64,000 nucleotides of DNA. Origin: Thermoplasmata archaeon. Its GTDB lineage: Archaea > Thermoplasmatota > E2 > JACPAO01 > JAHFTW01. The notes under the pieces are model-generated. The model was not told the origin of the DNA, did not search any database, and was given only the letters and a program-made list of their open reading frames with translations. Positions 19,189-28,461 of the stretch are shown piece by piece. The stretch's first letter is position 1. Every line of letters begins with the position of its first letter. The stretch spans positions 1 through 64,000 of the forward strand of contig JAXDQS010000010.1 of NCBI GenBank assembly GCA_034667725.1, given 5' to 3'. Both the position numbers and the translations under genes were made by a program.

Positions 19189-20085
19189 GTGGGCTAGTGA
19201 GCGCGCGTAGGCCTTCGCCGCCGGCACCGCCAGCGCCGCGCCCAGCAGGTACAAGCCCAGCAGGGGCGCCGACACCAGCATCTGGCTCACGGGCGTCGGG
19301 TCCGGGGTCGCAAGCGCGGCGATGAGCACGATGGCCACGACAGCGTGCCGCCACTTGCGGAGGTAGCCGCGCGGGGTCGCCAGCCCGACGCGCGCGAGGC
19401 CGTACATCACGAGGGGCGTCTGGAACGCGGCGCCGGTGAGCAGCATGAACAGGAGCGCGAACGACACGAACGCCTCCACGTCGAGGAAGGTGGCGGCCCC
19501 CAAGGTGTCCGCGAAGGCGTACAACGCCGCGAACGCGGACGGCAGCACGAAGGCGTAGGCGAACAGGATGCCGAGGACGAACAGCAGGAAGGCCGGCAGC
19601 AGCAGCCGCAGCAGGAGGGCGCGCTCGTGCCGCCGCAGCGCCGGGCCGAGGAAGCCCGCAAGCTGGGCAAGGACGTAGGGCAGGCTCACGACGACGCCGA
19701 GCGCCAGCGCGACGTTGAACAGCGCCACGAAGCCGGCCGTCGGGGCCGTGACCACCAGCGCGACGCCGTCGGGCACCAAGTCGGCGGCCATGCGGCGGAA
19801 CACCTGGGCCGCCAGGTTGTCGTAGGCGTCGAAGCCGACCCAGGGCGCCACCGGCTCGATGCGAATCAGGAAGGCGACCAGGATGCCGGCGAGGACGCCG
19901 AGGACGATGCGGACCAGCCGGCGGCGCAGCTCCCCGAAGTGGCCCCAGAACGTGGCGTCGGCGGCGCCGCGGCGCGTGCCGGCCACCGCGCCGACCGTGG
20001 CCGCGAGGGCCGCCAGGATGGCCAGGGCCAGCACCGCCGCCCAAGTCGCCCAGGCGGGCACGTCCAGGCCTGGGGGGCTTGCCAC
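19186..20085 (-). CDS. tatC: Twin-arginine translocase TatC
   Basis: HFGELRRRL, FL.PAL...ER, FQTP, WRHA.V, TPDP.P.SQ...P...LY. Confidence 0.9.
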   Translation of the reverse strand: MASPPGLDVPAWATWAAVLALAILAALAATVGAVAGTRRGAADATFWGHFGELRRRLVRIVLGVLAGILVAFLIRIEPVAPWVGFDAYDNLAAQVFRRMAADLVPDGVALVVTAPTAGFVALFNVALALGVVVSLPYVLAQLAGFLGPALRRHERALLLRLLLPAFLLFVLGILFAYAFVLPSAFAALYAFADTLGAATFLDVEAFVSFALLFMLLTGAAFQTPLVMYGLARVGLATPRGYLRKWRHAVVAIVLIAALATPDPTPVSQMLVSAPLLGLYLLGAALAVPAAKAYARSLAH

Positions 20086-20141
20086 GGGCCGGCCACTCCA
20101 GGGATGCGGCTTAAAGCCCGCGGGGGGCCTGGGGGCTTGTC

Positions 20142-21164
20142 GTGCGCGGTCTGTCGGACCTTCGGGCCATCTGCTCCGCCCCTGGCAAGGTGATCCTGTT
20201 CGGCGAGCACGCCGTGGTCTACGGGCACCCTGCGCTGGCGGCCAGCACGGACCAGCGCACCCAGGTCGAGGTGGACTGCTGCGGCGACCGGTTCACGGTC
20301 AACGGCTACCGCATCCACGACCGCTACCATTCCTACCTGCTGACCGCCGTCGAGCGGGTGTGGGGCCGCGCCGAGCCGATCCGCCTCCAGACCGAGGGGG
20401 GCGTGCCGTCGGCGTCGGGGACGGGGTCGAGCGCCGCGCTGACCGTGGCGACCGTGGGGGCGCTGCACATGCTCCAAGGCCGCACCGACCTGCCCGGCGT
20501 CGCGCAAGACTCGTTCGAGGTCGAGCGCACCACCCAAGGCGGCGGGTCGCCGACGGACACCAGCATCTCGACGGCGGGCGGCGGCATCGCCATCGCCGGC
20601 ACCGCGGACCCCCCGAAGGTCGGCACCCACCTGTGGGACATCACCTGGAGCCAGCCCGACCAGGAGCCGCGGGGCTGGACGGTGGAGCGCATCGAGATGC
20701 CGCAGCTCACCATCGTCATCGGCAACTCCGGCGTCAAGGGCCGCACCGACGAGCAGGTGGCCAAGGTCGCCAACGCCGCCCGCAAGAACGCCATGGTGCG
20801 CGACTCCCTGTCCGAGATCGGCCGCCTGACCCGCCAAGCCGTGCCCGCCCTCCGGACCAAGGACTGGGAGGCCATCGGGCGGCTCATGGACAAGGCCCAC
20901 AGCGCGCTGCATACCCTGGGCGTCAACCACCCGGCCGTCGAGCAGCTGGTGCAAGCCGCCCGCGCCACCCCCGGCACGTTCGGGGCCAAGCTCACCGGCG
21001 CAGGGGGCGGCGGCAGCATGTTTGCCCTCACCGAGCGCCCCGAGGCCGTGGCAAAAGCCATCCTCGAGAAGGGCGGGACGCCGTTCGTGGTGCGGCTCGG
21101 CGGCCCCGGCGTCCAGTGGCACGAGGCCGGCCAGAGCCCGCCCCGCCTTGAAGCGACTTCATAA
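20142..21164 (+). CDS. mvk: Mevalonate kinase (GHMP family)
   Basis: SAPGKVILFGEHAVVYG, PSASGTGSSAA, GAKLTGAGGGG; clustered with ipk and fni. Confidence 0.9.
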   Translation: MRGLSDLRAICSAPGKVILFGEHAVVYGHPALAASTDQRTQVEVDCCGDRFTVNGYRIHDRYHSYLLTAVERVWGRAEPIRLQTEGGVPSASGTGSSAALTVATVGALHMLQGRTDLPGVAQDSFEVERTTQGGGSPTDTSISTAGGGIAIAGTADPPKVGTHLWDITWSQPDQEPRGWTVERIEMPQLTIVIGNSGVKGRTDEQVAKVANAARKNAMVRDSLSEIGRLTRQAVPALRTKDWEAIGRLMDKAHSALHTLGVNHPAVEQLVQAARATPGTFGAKLTGAGGGGSMFALTERPEAVAKAILEKGGTPFVVRLGGPGVQWHEAGQSPPRLEATS

Positions 21165-21210
21165 GCTTTGGCCATCCGAGGCTTAAGCCGGGAACCCGCA
21201 CCCTCCGCTC

Positions 21211-21588
21211 GTGCGAACCTTCTGGCTCCTTTTGATGGCCTTCGGGCTGGCCGGCTGCAGCGAAGCAGAAGAAGACCTCGTGGCCACGGACGGCACGACG
21301 GCGACCGAGGGGACCGGGACGGCCCCCCGAGAGTCCAGCACTTCCACCGCATCTTCGGCCGCCCCTGCGAACGGCGGGGCCATATCCACCACGACGGCGC
21401 CGGCGGCCGCAACGACCACCACGGGCCCCAGCACCGGCGCCTCTGGCTCCACCTCCCCCGGGACGACGGGCGCGTCGTCGAGCACCGCCACCGCATCGAC
21501 CAGCTCCAGCAGCACGAGCGTCCTGCCGCCGCTCCCGCCGCCTCCGCCCCTGCCGCCGGCCCCGCCCCTCCCCCCGCTCGGGATTTAG
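21211..21588 (+). CDS. Small Ser/Thr/Pro-rich lipoprotein
   Basis: LAGC lipobox and low-complexity body. Confidence 0.55.
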   Translation: MRTFWLLLMAFGLAGCSEAEEDLVATDGTTATEGTGTAPRESSTSTASSAAPANGGAISTTTAPAAATTTTGPSTGASGSTSPGTTGASSSTATASTSSSSTSVLPPLPPPPPLPPAPPLPPLGI

Positions 21589-21634
21589 GCCATCAGCGAA
21601 AGCGCGAAAGCCAAGCCCCCCGTATGGCGCCTGC

Positions 21635-22411
21635 ATGTCGCGCCCCGTCCTCTTGAAGCTGGGCGGCTCGCTCGTCACCCAGAAGGCCAAGCCTGGGACC
21701 TTCCAGCGCGGCGTCGCCGGCCGGCTCCTCCAGGAGACCGCCAAGGCCGGCATTCCCGTCGTGCTGCTGCATGGCGCCGGCAGCTTCGGCCACCCCGCCG
21801 TCGCGCGCAGCGGCCTCGGCAACGGCCCCCTCGACGCCCACCGGCGCGAGGCGGCCTCCGAGGTCCTGGCCGGCTTGGCCCAACTGGAGGGCCATATGCT
21901 GACCGCCGCGCACGGCGCCGGCCTCCGCCCCGTCCCGGTCCCGCTCCACATCAGCGTCCAGGACACCGGGGAAGCCCTGGACGGCCTGCCCATCGAGGAG
22001 GTCCGGGCGCTCCTGGACGACGGCATGACCCCCGTCCTGCACGGCACCCTGGTCCGCCACGCCCGCACCGGCTGGTGCGTCCTCGGCGCCGACCGCATCC
22101 TGGCGGAGCTGGCGGCCCACCTCGACCCGCGCCTCTGCCTCTGGGCCACCGACGTCGATGGCGCCTACGACGGCGACCCCAAGGCGCACCCCACCGCCAA
22201 GCTGCTCCCCAAGGTCTCGCCCGCCACCATGCCGGAAGGCCGCCAAGGCACCGGCGCCGACGTCACCGGCCGGATGCACGGCAAGCTGGAGCACGCCTTC
22301 GCCGCCGCCCAGTTCGCGCCCACCCTCATCGTCAACGGCATGGTGCGGGGCCGGGTGCTGGATGCCCTGCGCGGCAAGGCCGTCGTCGGGACCCGCGTCG
22401 AGGCTGGCTAG
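21635..22411 (+). CDS. ipk: Isopentenyl phosphate kinase
   Basis: LKLGGSLVT.K, HGAGSFGH, TDVDG.Y, DVTG.M.GK, C-terminal GT. Confidence 0.9.
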   Translation: MSRPVLLKLGGSLVTQKAKPGTFQRGVAGRLLQETAKAGIPVVLLHGAGSFGHPAVARSGLGNGPLDAHRREAASEVLAGLAQLEGHMLTAAHGAGLRPVPVPLHISVQDTGEALDGLPIEEVRALLDDGMTPVLHGTLVRHARTGWCVLGADRILAELAAHLDPRLCLWATDVDGAYDGDPKAHPTAKLLPKVSPATMPEGRQGTGADVTGRMHGKLEHAFAAAQFAPTLIVNGMVRGRVLDALRGKAVVGTRVEAG

Positions 22412-22459
22412 AACGAGCAGTTTCAAGAGGGGACGGCTTGCGGGCCCCGAGGCCCAGTC

Positions 22460-22744
22460 ATGCCCGTCATCCCCGGCGCCACCCCCCAGCAGCAGAAGGT
22501 CTACGACTTCCTCCACTCCGGCGGATACCTGAACGAGAACAAGCTCCAGGACGCCGACAAGATCGCCCTCGGCGTCAAGCTCCCCAAGGGCATCGTGGCC
22601 AACGCGCTCGCGGACCTCGAGAAGCAGGGCTACGCCCGCCGTGTCGCCCGCGGCAAGGCCGCCGGCTACTACATCACCAAGGAGCCCGGCGCGATGGCGA
22701 AGGTCAAGGGCGACGGCGACTTCAGCGCGGAAGACATCTTCTGA
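22460..22744 (+). CDS. Small winged-helix protein
   Basis: wHTH-like IALGVKLPKGIVANALADLEKQGY; strong host codon bias. Confidence 0.7.
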   Translation: MPVIPGATPQQQKVYDFLHSGGYLNENKLQDADKIALGVKLPKGIVANALADLEKQGYARRVARGKAAGYYITKEPGAMAKVKGDGDFSAEDIF

Positions 22745-22746
22745 CG

Positions 22747-22958
22747 CGGACAGGCTGGCGCCTGTCCGCCCTGGCAGGGGCCCTCCGGGCCCCCGCACCC
22801 CCCTCGGCGACTGGGGGGCCGCGCCCTCGGCCCGTCCGCTCGCCGAGGTTGCTCGCTTCGCATCGCAACCCGTTCGCGAAAGCGTGCGGGCTTTCGCTTC
22901 GCACTCGCGCAGGCGGGCGTCCTCGGTCCTGCGCGCTCACGCGCGCGGCGGCCCCCGG
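22747..22958 (-). repeat. Structured dispersed repeat, copy B
   Basis: Reverse complement aligns block-by-block with 4755-4903 with compensatory changes; the 17-bp end segment GCGGCCCCCGGTCCAAT is duplicated at 22948 and 22975. Confidence 0.75.
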
Positions 22959-23048
22959 TCCAATCTCGTCCAACGCGGCCCCCGGTCCAATGGCTGGCTG
23001 TGGCGGGGTGTGCGAAACCATCCTAAGCAAGGCCACGGTGGGCCGCAC

Positions 23049-24107
23049 GTGCCCAAGCCTTCCCGAGCCGTGCCGACATCCCAAGCGGCCGAGACGGAGC
23101 GGCGCAAGGAGGAGCACCTCCGCATCCCCCTGGAGAAGGACGTCCAGTCCATCCCCAGCCCATGGGACGGGGTCCGCATCCCCCACGACGCCGTCCCCGA
23201 AGTGGACCGGGACGCGGTGGACCTCTCCACCAAGTTCCTCGGCCGCAAGCTGGAGGCGCCCATCCAGGTCACTGGCATGACGGGCGGCGCCGCCAAGGCC
23301 AAGGAGTTCAACGCCCGCCTGGCCGCCGCGGCCGCCGCGCACGGCCTCGCCATGGGGGTCGGCTCCCAGCGGGCCGCCCTCGAGAACCCCAAGCTAGCCG
23401 ACACCTACACGGTCATCCTGGAGCATGACGTCCCGATGCGGATGGCGAACCTTGGCCTGCCCCAGCTCATCCTGTGGGGCGACGAGGCCGTCGCGAACGC
23501 CAAGGAGGCGGTCGCCATGGTCGAGGCCCACGCGCTCTGCATCCACCTCAACTACCTCCAGGAGGCGGTCCAGCCGGAAGGCGACGCGGTCGCGGCCGGC
23601 GGGCTTGCCGCCATCGCGCGCGTGGCCAAGGCCCTCAAGGTCCCGGTCGTCGCCAAGGAGACCGGCGCCGGCGTCTCGGCGGACGCGGCCAAGCGCCTGG
23701 TGAAGGCCGGCTGCGCCGCCATCGACGTCGGCGGCCTCGGCGGCACCAGCTTCAGCGCGGTCGAGCACCACCGGGCCGTCCAGCAGGGCGACGCCGCCAA
23801 GGCCCGCATGGGCCGCACCTTCTGGGCCTGGGGCATCCCGACGCCAGACTGCGTCCGCGAGGTCCGGGCGGCCTTGCCGAAGACGCCCATGGTGGCCACG
23901 GGCGGGCTCCGCCACGGCCTGGACGCGGGCCGCGCGCTGTGGCTTGGCGCCGACCTTGCCGGCTTCGCCGGGTCGGCGTTCCGCGCCGCCGCGCAGGGCC
24001 CCGATGCGGCATCCATAGAATTGGGGTTGGTGAAAGAAGAGTTGAAGACCACTCTCTTTCTGGCGGGAGCGCCGCGCCCCTCTTCGCTGAGGCAGGTCCC
24101 CCGATGA
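23049..24107 (+). CDS. fni: Type 2 isopentenyl-diphosphate isomerase
   Basis: RK.EHL, GMTGG, GVGSQR, HLNYLQE..QPEGD, KETGAG, GGTS, WGIPT, TGG.R. Confidence 0.95.
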   Translation: MPKPSRAVPTSQAAETERRKEEHLRIPLEKDVQSIPSPWDGVRIPHDAVPEVDRDAVDLSTKFLGRKLEAPIQVTGMTGGAAKAKEFNARLAAAAAAHGLAMGVGSQRAALENPKLADTYTVILEHDVPMRMANLGLPQLILWGDEAVANAKEAVAMVEAHALCIHLNYLQEAVQPEGDAVAAGGLAAIARVAKALKVPVVAKETGAGVSADAAKRLVKAGCAAIDVGGLGGTSFSAVEHHRAVQQGDAAKARMGRTFWAWGIPTPDCVREVRAALPKTPMVATGGLRHGLDAGRALWLGADLAGFAGSAFRAAAQGPDAASIELGLVKEELKTTLFLAGAPRPSSLRQVPR

Positions 24108-25096
24108 ACCTTGAAGCCGCCCTGCGTCCGTACCTGGACCAATTCAACGACGAGATGCAGAAGTACCTCGTCAAGCGGGAACTGAAGCCCGAGGCGCTCT
24201 ACGACGCCATCCGGCACCTGCCCATCAAGGGCGGCGGCAAGCGCCTCCGCCCCATTATGGCCATCCTGTCGGCCCAGTGCGTCGGCGGGGACTCCAAGAA
24301 GATCATGCCGTACGGCGTGGCGCTGGAGATCCTGCACAACTTCACGCTCATCCACGACGACATCATGGACGAGTGCGACACCCGCCGCGGCCTCCCCAGC
24401 GTCCACAAGCAGTGGGGCGTGCCGATGGGCATCCTCGCGGGCGACACGATGTTCGCGATGCTGTTCGAGATCCTCGACCAGCTCGAGATCGACGACAAGA
24501 TGTACCGCTCCGTCAGCCTCGACGTGGCCCGCCTGGCGCGCGAGGTGTGCGAGGGCCAGTACTGGGACATGTTCTTCGAGGACCAGAAGAAGATCGAGGA
24601 GCTCCAGTACTACCACATGATCGAGCGCAAGACCGCCACGTTCTTCGAGATCGCCATGAAGAACGGCGCGGAGCTTGGCGGCGCGGAGCCCAACCAGGTC
24701 AAGAAGCTGGCCGAGTGCGGCCGCCTGATGGGCCTGGCGTTCCAGGTGTGGGACGACTACCTCGGCGTCACCGGCAAGGAGGAGACGACGGGGAAGCCGC
24801 AGCACTCGGACATCTACCAAGGCAAGAAGACCCTGGTCTACGTCGCGACCCACGGCAAGCTCGACCCCTTCGACCGGCGCCAGTTCGTCGACCTCTACAA
24901 GAAGGAGGACAAGACCGAGAAGGACGTCGAAGCCATCCTCAAGTTCATGGAGAAGTCCGGCGGCCTGGAGTTCGCCCGCAGCCGCGCCCGCGAGTTCTCC
25001 AGCTTCGCCAAGGCGACCCTGGCCGAGATGCCCGAGACGGCCGCCAAGCGGCTGCTGCTGATCTTGTGCGACTTCGCGTCCAACCGGACAAAGTAG
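24104..25096 (+). CDS. Short-chain polyprenyl (geranylgeranyl) diphosphate synthase
   Basis: GGKRLRP, HNFTLIHDDIMD..RRG, GQ..D, KTA, FQVWDD; ATGA-coupled to fni. Confidence 0.9.
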   Translation: MNLEAALRPYLDQFNDEMQKYLVKRELKPEALYDAIRHLPIKGGGKRLRPIMAILSAQCVGGDSKKIMPYGVALEILHNFTLIHDDIMDECDTRRGLPSVHKQWGVPMGILAGDTMFAMLFEILDQLEIDDKMYRSVSLDVARLAREVCEGQYWDMFFEDQKKIEELQYYHMIERKTATFFEIAMKNGAELGGAEPNQVKKLAECGRLMGLAFQVWDDYLGVTGKEETTGKPQHSDIYQGKKTLVYVATHGKLDPFDRRQFVDLYKKEDKTEKDVEAILKFMEKSGGLEFARSRAREFSSFAKATLAEMPETAAKRLLLILCDFASNRTK

Positions 25097-25295
25097 GCAA
25101 GCGGTCATAGGTCCTCAAAGGCCCGCGGGGCCTGGGGAGAGGGCCGGATGGATGGGACCTTGTGCGGCCCCGCGGGCAACCCAAGCAAGCCCCCAGGGTG
25201 GAAGGCCGCGAACGGCCACGCCAGCGCCTGTCCGAATCCACCGCGCCCCCTGCAAGGATGAAGCCGGCCCGCGGGCTGTCCGGCCCGTGCCCGCC

Positions 25296-26012
25296 TCAAT
25301 CGCCGCGCGCAGGCTGCCACCGGGGGTGCGACAGGCGCCGTAGCCACTCGTCGCCCTCCGTGTGCCTGGGGAACCGGCGCTCGTCGCGCAGGAACTCAGC
25401 CGTGTGGATGCGCCGCTTCGAGCCCAGGCCCATCCGCACCGGGTGGACGATGTGCAGCAGCTCATGGTACACCACGTAGTCGAGCACGAACTCCGGCACG
25501 CGCGGGTCGTCCAGCACCTGGCTGATCACGATGGCGCCATGGTCCGGGTCCCAATGCCCCAGCCGCCGCCGGCTCATGCGTTGGCTCCACGACAGCTTCG
25601 GCACCTGCGGCAGCACCAGGCCCATGTCCATGCTCACGCGCAAGAACGACTCCAGCAGGCTGCGGTGGTGCCCCACCGGGTCGATGTGCTTCCGGCCGCG
25701 CGCCTCGGGACGCATCGCCCCGCGAGACTCCTCCATGTACAGCTTGTAGGCCCGCACCTGCGCGGCATCCGCGCGCGCCGCCGGCAGCCGGTGAATCTTG
25801 CACAACAGGACGCCCACGACGCCCTCCAGCACCTCGTCCGGCGCGCCCTGCAGGCGGTCGCTCAGCCGGAACACCAACGCGCCCTCGCGCTCGCGAACCG
25901 TCGACTTGCCGTCCGTGTAGGGATAGAAGGTCAAGAGCGCGGGCCGCGGCGGGCTCCGGAGGCGCGCCTGCACACGGCGCACCAACTCCTCCAGCGCCCC
26001 CTCCACGCGCAC
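25296..26012 (-). CDS. Zinc metallopeptidase-like protein (M48/SprT/YgjP-like)
   Basis: VLDYVVYHELLH...H..EF. Confidence 0.75.
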   Translation of the reverse strand: MRVEGALEELVRRVQARLRSPPRPALLTFYPYTDGKSTVREREGALVFRLSDRLQGAPDEVLEGVVGVLLCKIHRLPAARADAAQVRAYKLYMEESRGAMRPEARGRKHIDPVGHHRSLLESFLRVSMDMGLVLPQVPKLSWSQRMSRRRLGHWDPDHGAIVISQVLDDPRVPEFVLDYVVYHELLHIVHPVRMGLGSKRRIHTAEFLRDERRFPRHTEGDEWLRRLSHPRWQPARGD

Positions 26013-26057
26013 GGCACGGCCACGGGCTTTTCAAGAGGCCCGGATTGGGCGCGCCTC

Positions 26058-26891
26058 GTGCAGGACCCCTGCCACGGCCTGTTGGAGCGGCCGCGGGCGA
26101 CCACCATCGAGGCCGTCGCGCGCGAGACCGGCCGGCACGTCACCATCGCCTTCCACGACCCGCTCTTGGCGGCCGCCCCCGCCGGCACGTTCTGCATGGT
26201 GTGGGTCCCAGGCGTGGACGAGGTCCCGATGGGCCTCGGCTACAACGACACGGCCGGCCGGGTCACGCTCACGGTCGAGGCCAAAGGCGACGCCACCAAG
26301 GCGCTCGCGGCCCTGGGCACCGGCGCCCGCATCGGCGTGCGCGGCCCCTACGGCCGCGGCTTCGCGCTGCCCAAGGCCGGACGCGTGTGCTTCGTCGGCG
26401 GCGGCACCGGCATCGCGCCGATGGCACGCGGCGCCCAGGCCGCCCTCGCCGCGGGCCTCGAGGTCACCGTCATCGCTGGCGCGCGCAGCCGCGACCTCCT
26501 GCTGCTGCATCCGGTCCTCGGCGGCTGGGCCGACGACGGCCGCATCGCGTACGAGCCCTGCACCGACGACGGCTCGTTCGCCTTCAAGGGCTTCACGACG
26601 CAACGCCTGCAGCAGTTGTTGGACGAGGACGAGTTCGCCTACGTCGCCGCCTGCGGCCCCGAGAAGATGATGGTCAAGGTCACCCAGGCGTGCGAGGCCG
26701 CCGGCGTCCGCGCCGAAGCCTCCCTGGAGCGGTACATGAAGTGCGCCACCGGCATCTGCGACGCCTGCACGGTCGGGCCCGGCCTCCGGCTGTGCGTGGA
26801 AGGCCCCGTGTTGTCCACGGCGCAACTCAAGACCGTGCAGGAGTACGGCGTGGGACACCGCGACGCGGCGGGCATCCTGCACCCCTGGTAG
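26058..26891 (+). CDS. pyrK: Dihydroorotate dehydrogenase electron transfer subunit
   Basis: MVWVPGVDE.P, RGPYG.GF, GGG.GIAP, CGPE.M, SLERYMKC..G.C..C, C.EGPV. Confidence 0.88.
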   Translation: MQDPCHGLLERPRATTIEAVARETGRHVTIAFHDPLLAAAPAGTFCMVWVPGVDEVPMGLGYNDTAGRVTLTVEAKGDATKALAALGTGARIGVRGPYGRGFALPKAGRVCFVGGGTGIAPMARGAQAALAAGLEVTVIAGARSRDLLLLHPVLGGWADDGRIAYEPCTDDGSFAFKGFTTQRLQQLLDEDEFAYVAACGPEKMMVKVTQACEAAGVRAEASLERYMKCATGICDACTVGPGLRLCVEGPVLSTAQLKTVQEYGVGHRDAAGILHPW

Positions 26892-26925
26892 GCTTATGGC
26901 GCAAGGGCGGCTCGCGCGGCCCAAC

Positions 26926-26967
26926 GGGCCTTTGGGGTAGCTTGGTATCCTTGGAGGTTTGGGACCT
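26926..26967 (+). pseudogene. 5' half of host tRNA-Pro(UGG), interrupted by the element (attL)
   Basis: GGGCCTT TG GGGT AGCTTGGTA TCCT T GGAGG TT TGG GA CCT; no T-arm follows. Confidence 0.9.
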
Positions 26968-26972
26968 AAGGG

Positions 26973-26986
26973 CTCTCTTTGGTGCA
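26973..26986 (+). repeat. Left 14-bp subterminal inverted repeat
   Basis: CTCTCTTTGGTGCA, the exact reverse complement of 36849-36862. Confidence 0.9.
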
Positions 26987-27010
26987 TATCCCCAAGGATG
27001 TGCGCCCACC

Positions 27011-28180
27011 ATGACCGAGCAGAACCCCGAACCGGCGACCTACGACAGCCAGCAGGCCCTCCTGGCCTCCCTGCGGCGCCAGACCGAGCGCCGTATCGCG
27101 GAGTTGCCGCCGGCTTGGCAGACCCGCATCCAGGCGGAGTGGCTCCGGCGGGAGAACAAGGGCCGCAAGCCCGGCACGAACCGCTCCTGGGCCCAGGCTT
27201 GGGCGACCCTGGCCCGGACCATCGGCAACCGCGACCCCGCCACTGTCAGCGCGGACGAGTGGGAGGTCATCATCCACGGGTGGCTCAAGGACCACAAGCG
27301 GGCCAGCGTGTCCGTGCGCTGCGTGAACATCAAGCAGACGCTCCCCCGCTTCTTCCCGGACAAGCGGCTCCCGGAGGACGTTGCCAAGGCCCTGATCGTG
27401 CCGGCTGGACGGCGGTGCCTGAGCCCCGACCGGGAACTGTCCAAGGACGACTTTCTGCTGCTTCTGGATCACGTAACGACCGAGGAAGCCAAACGGGACT
27501 CAGCCAGGGTCACGGCGGAGAAGGTGGCCCTCCTGTGGACGCTCTGGGACTCCTGGATGAGGGTGAACGAGATGCTGGCCTGCCAGCGAAGCGACCGCGT
27601 CCGGGCCGGCCCCAAGACGACCTTCGGGTTGCGCCCGGAGATGCCGTTCCTCAAGACCAACGACGCCGTCCGGCAGGTCCCCATGGTAGAGGCGACCGAG
27701 CCGCTGGCCGTTTGGGACGCCATGCACCCCGCCGGCTCCAACCTGGACGCCCCCATCTTTTGCAACTTCCGATGCAAGACCGGCCTGAGCCGGCTGTCAG
27801 ACTCTAACCTGGACAGATGGCTCAAGCAGGTTGGCGACGGGTCCGGGCTCCACAAGCGGCGCAAGAAGAAGCTCAGCGCCCACGACTTCAGGCACACCGG
27901 CAACACCCGCTCCGCCCGCAACAAGTGGGCACGGACGCTACGCGCCAAGAAAGCCGGCTGGAGCAAGACCAGTCGGATGCCCGAACACTACGAACACCTG
28001 GACGAGGCCGACATGCACCGCCAGTTGCTCCAAGACGCCGGCATCGACCTGATGGGCTTCAAGCAGCAGATGGACGCCGGCAACCTCGAAGGCGCCCTCG
28101 CGGACCTGTTGACGAAGCTGCTGGAGAAGCGCCGGAACGAGCCGGCGCCCATCGTTGCGAGTGGGCCTGTGCGGATTTGA
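27011..28180 (+). CDS. int: Tyrosine recombinase/integrase
   Basis: Catalytic set R (WMRVNEM), K (LKT), HxxR (HDFRH), W (AGW), Y (MPEHY). Confidence 0.9.
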   Translation: MTEQNPEPATYDSQQALLASLRRQTERRIAELPPAWQTRIQAEWLRRENKGRKPGTNRSWAQAWATLARTIGNRDPATVSADEWEVIIHGWLKDHKRASVSVRCVNIKQTLPRFFPDKRLPEDVAKALIVPAGRRCLSPDRELSKDDFLLLLDHVTTEEAKRDSARVTAEKVALLWTLWDSWMRVNEMLACQRSDRVRAGPKTTFGLRPEMPFLKTNDAVRQVPMVEATEPLAVWDAMHPAGSNLDAPIFCNFRCKTGLSRLSDSNLDRWLKQVGDGSGLHKRRKKKLSAHDFRHTGNTRSARNKWARTLRAKKAGWSKTSRMPEHYEHLDEADMHRQLLQDAGIDLMGFKQQMDAGNLEGALADLLTKLLEKRRNEPAPIVASGPVRI

Positions 28181-28234
28181 ACCGCAGCCTCTTGGTCCCA
28201 AACCAAGAAGTCTACCAAACTAGCCTACAGGCCC
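28162..28234 (-). tRNA. Element-borne tRNA-Pro(UGG)
   Basis: GGGCCTG TA GGCT AGTTTGGTA GACT T CTTGG TT TGG GA CCAAG AGGC TGCGG TTCAAAT CCGCA CAGGCCC A; 73 nt; one D-stem mismatch. Confidence 0.9.
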
Positions 28235-28461
28235 GCAGGCCCGGCGACTCGACCCGTGCTTATCTGCGCTTGCCCGGCCGGCGGGCCTGCTAGACCGCCA
28301 AAAATCCGCGCCGCGCTGTCGCGCGGCGCAAGGATGAGCGGTTGCGGAGCAACCGCTTGCATGACGCGCCGGGAATCTCTGGCAAAGGTCCAGGCGTTTT
28401 TACGGCTTCACTCCGGCGACCCTAAACGTTATGAGCGCGCCCGCAAGTGGTACGATTGAGG

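Noticed and set aside
25153-25160. Third TGGGACCT matching the att core
   Set aside because: No tRNA context or inverted repeat; one chance 8-mer in 64 kb is expected.
26045-28180. 711-aa ORF suggesting a long integrase or an SSV1-type split integrase
   Set aside because: The first part is an off-frame read of pyrK and the tRNA half. The integrase starts at ATG 27011 and is intact inside the element.
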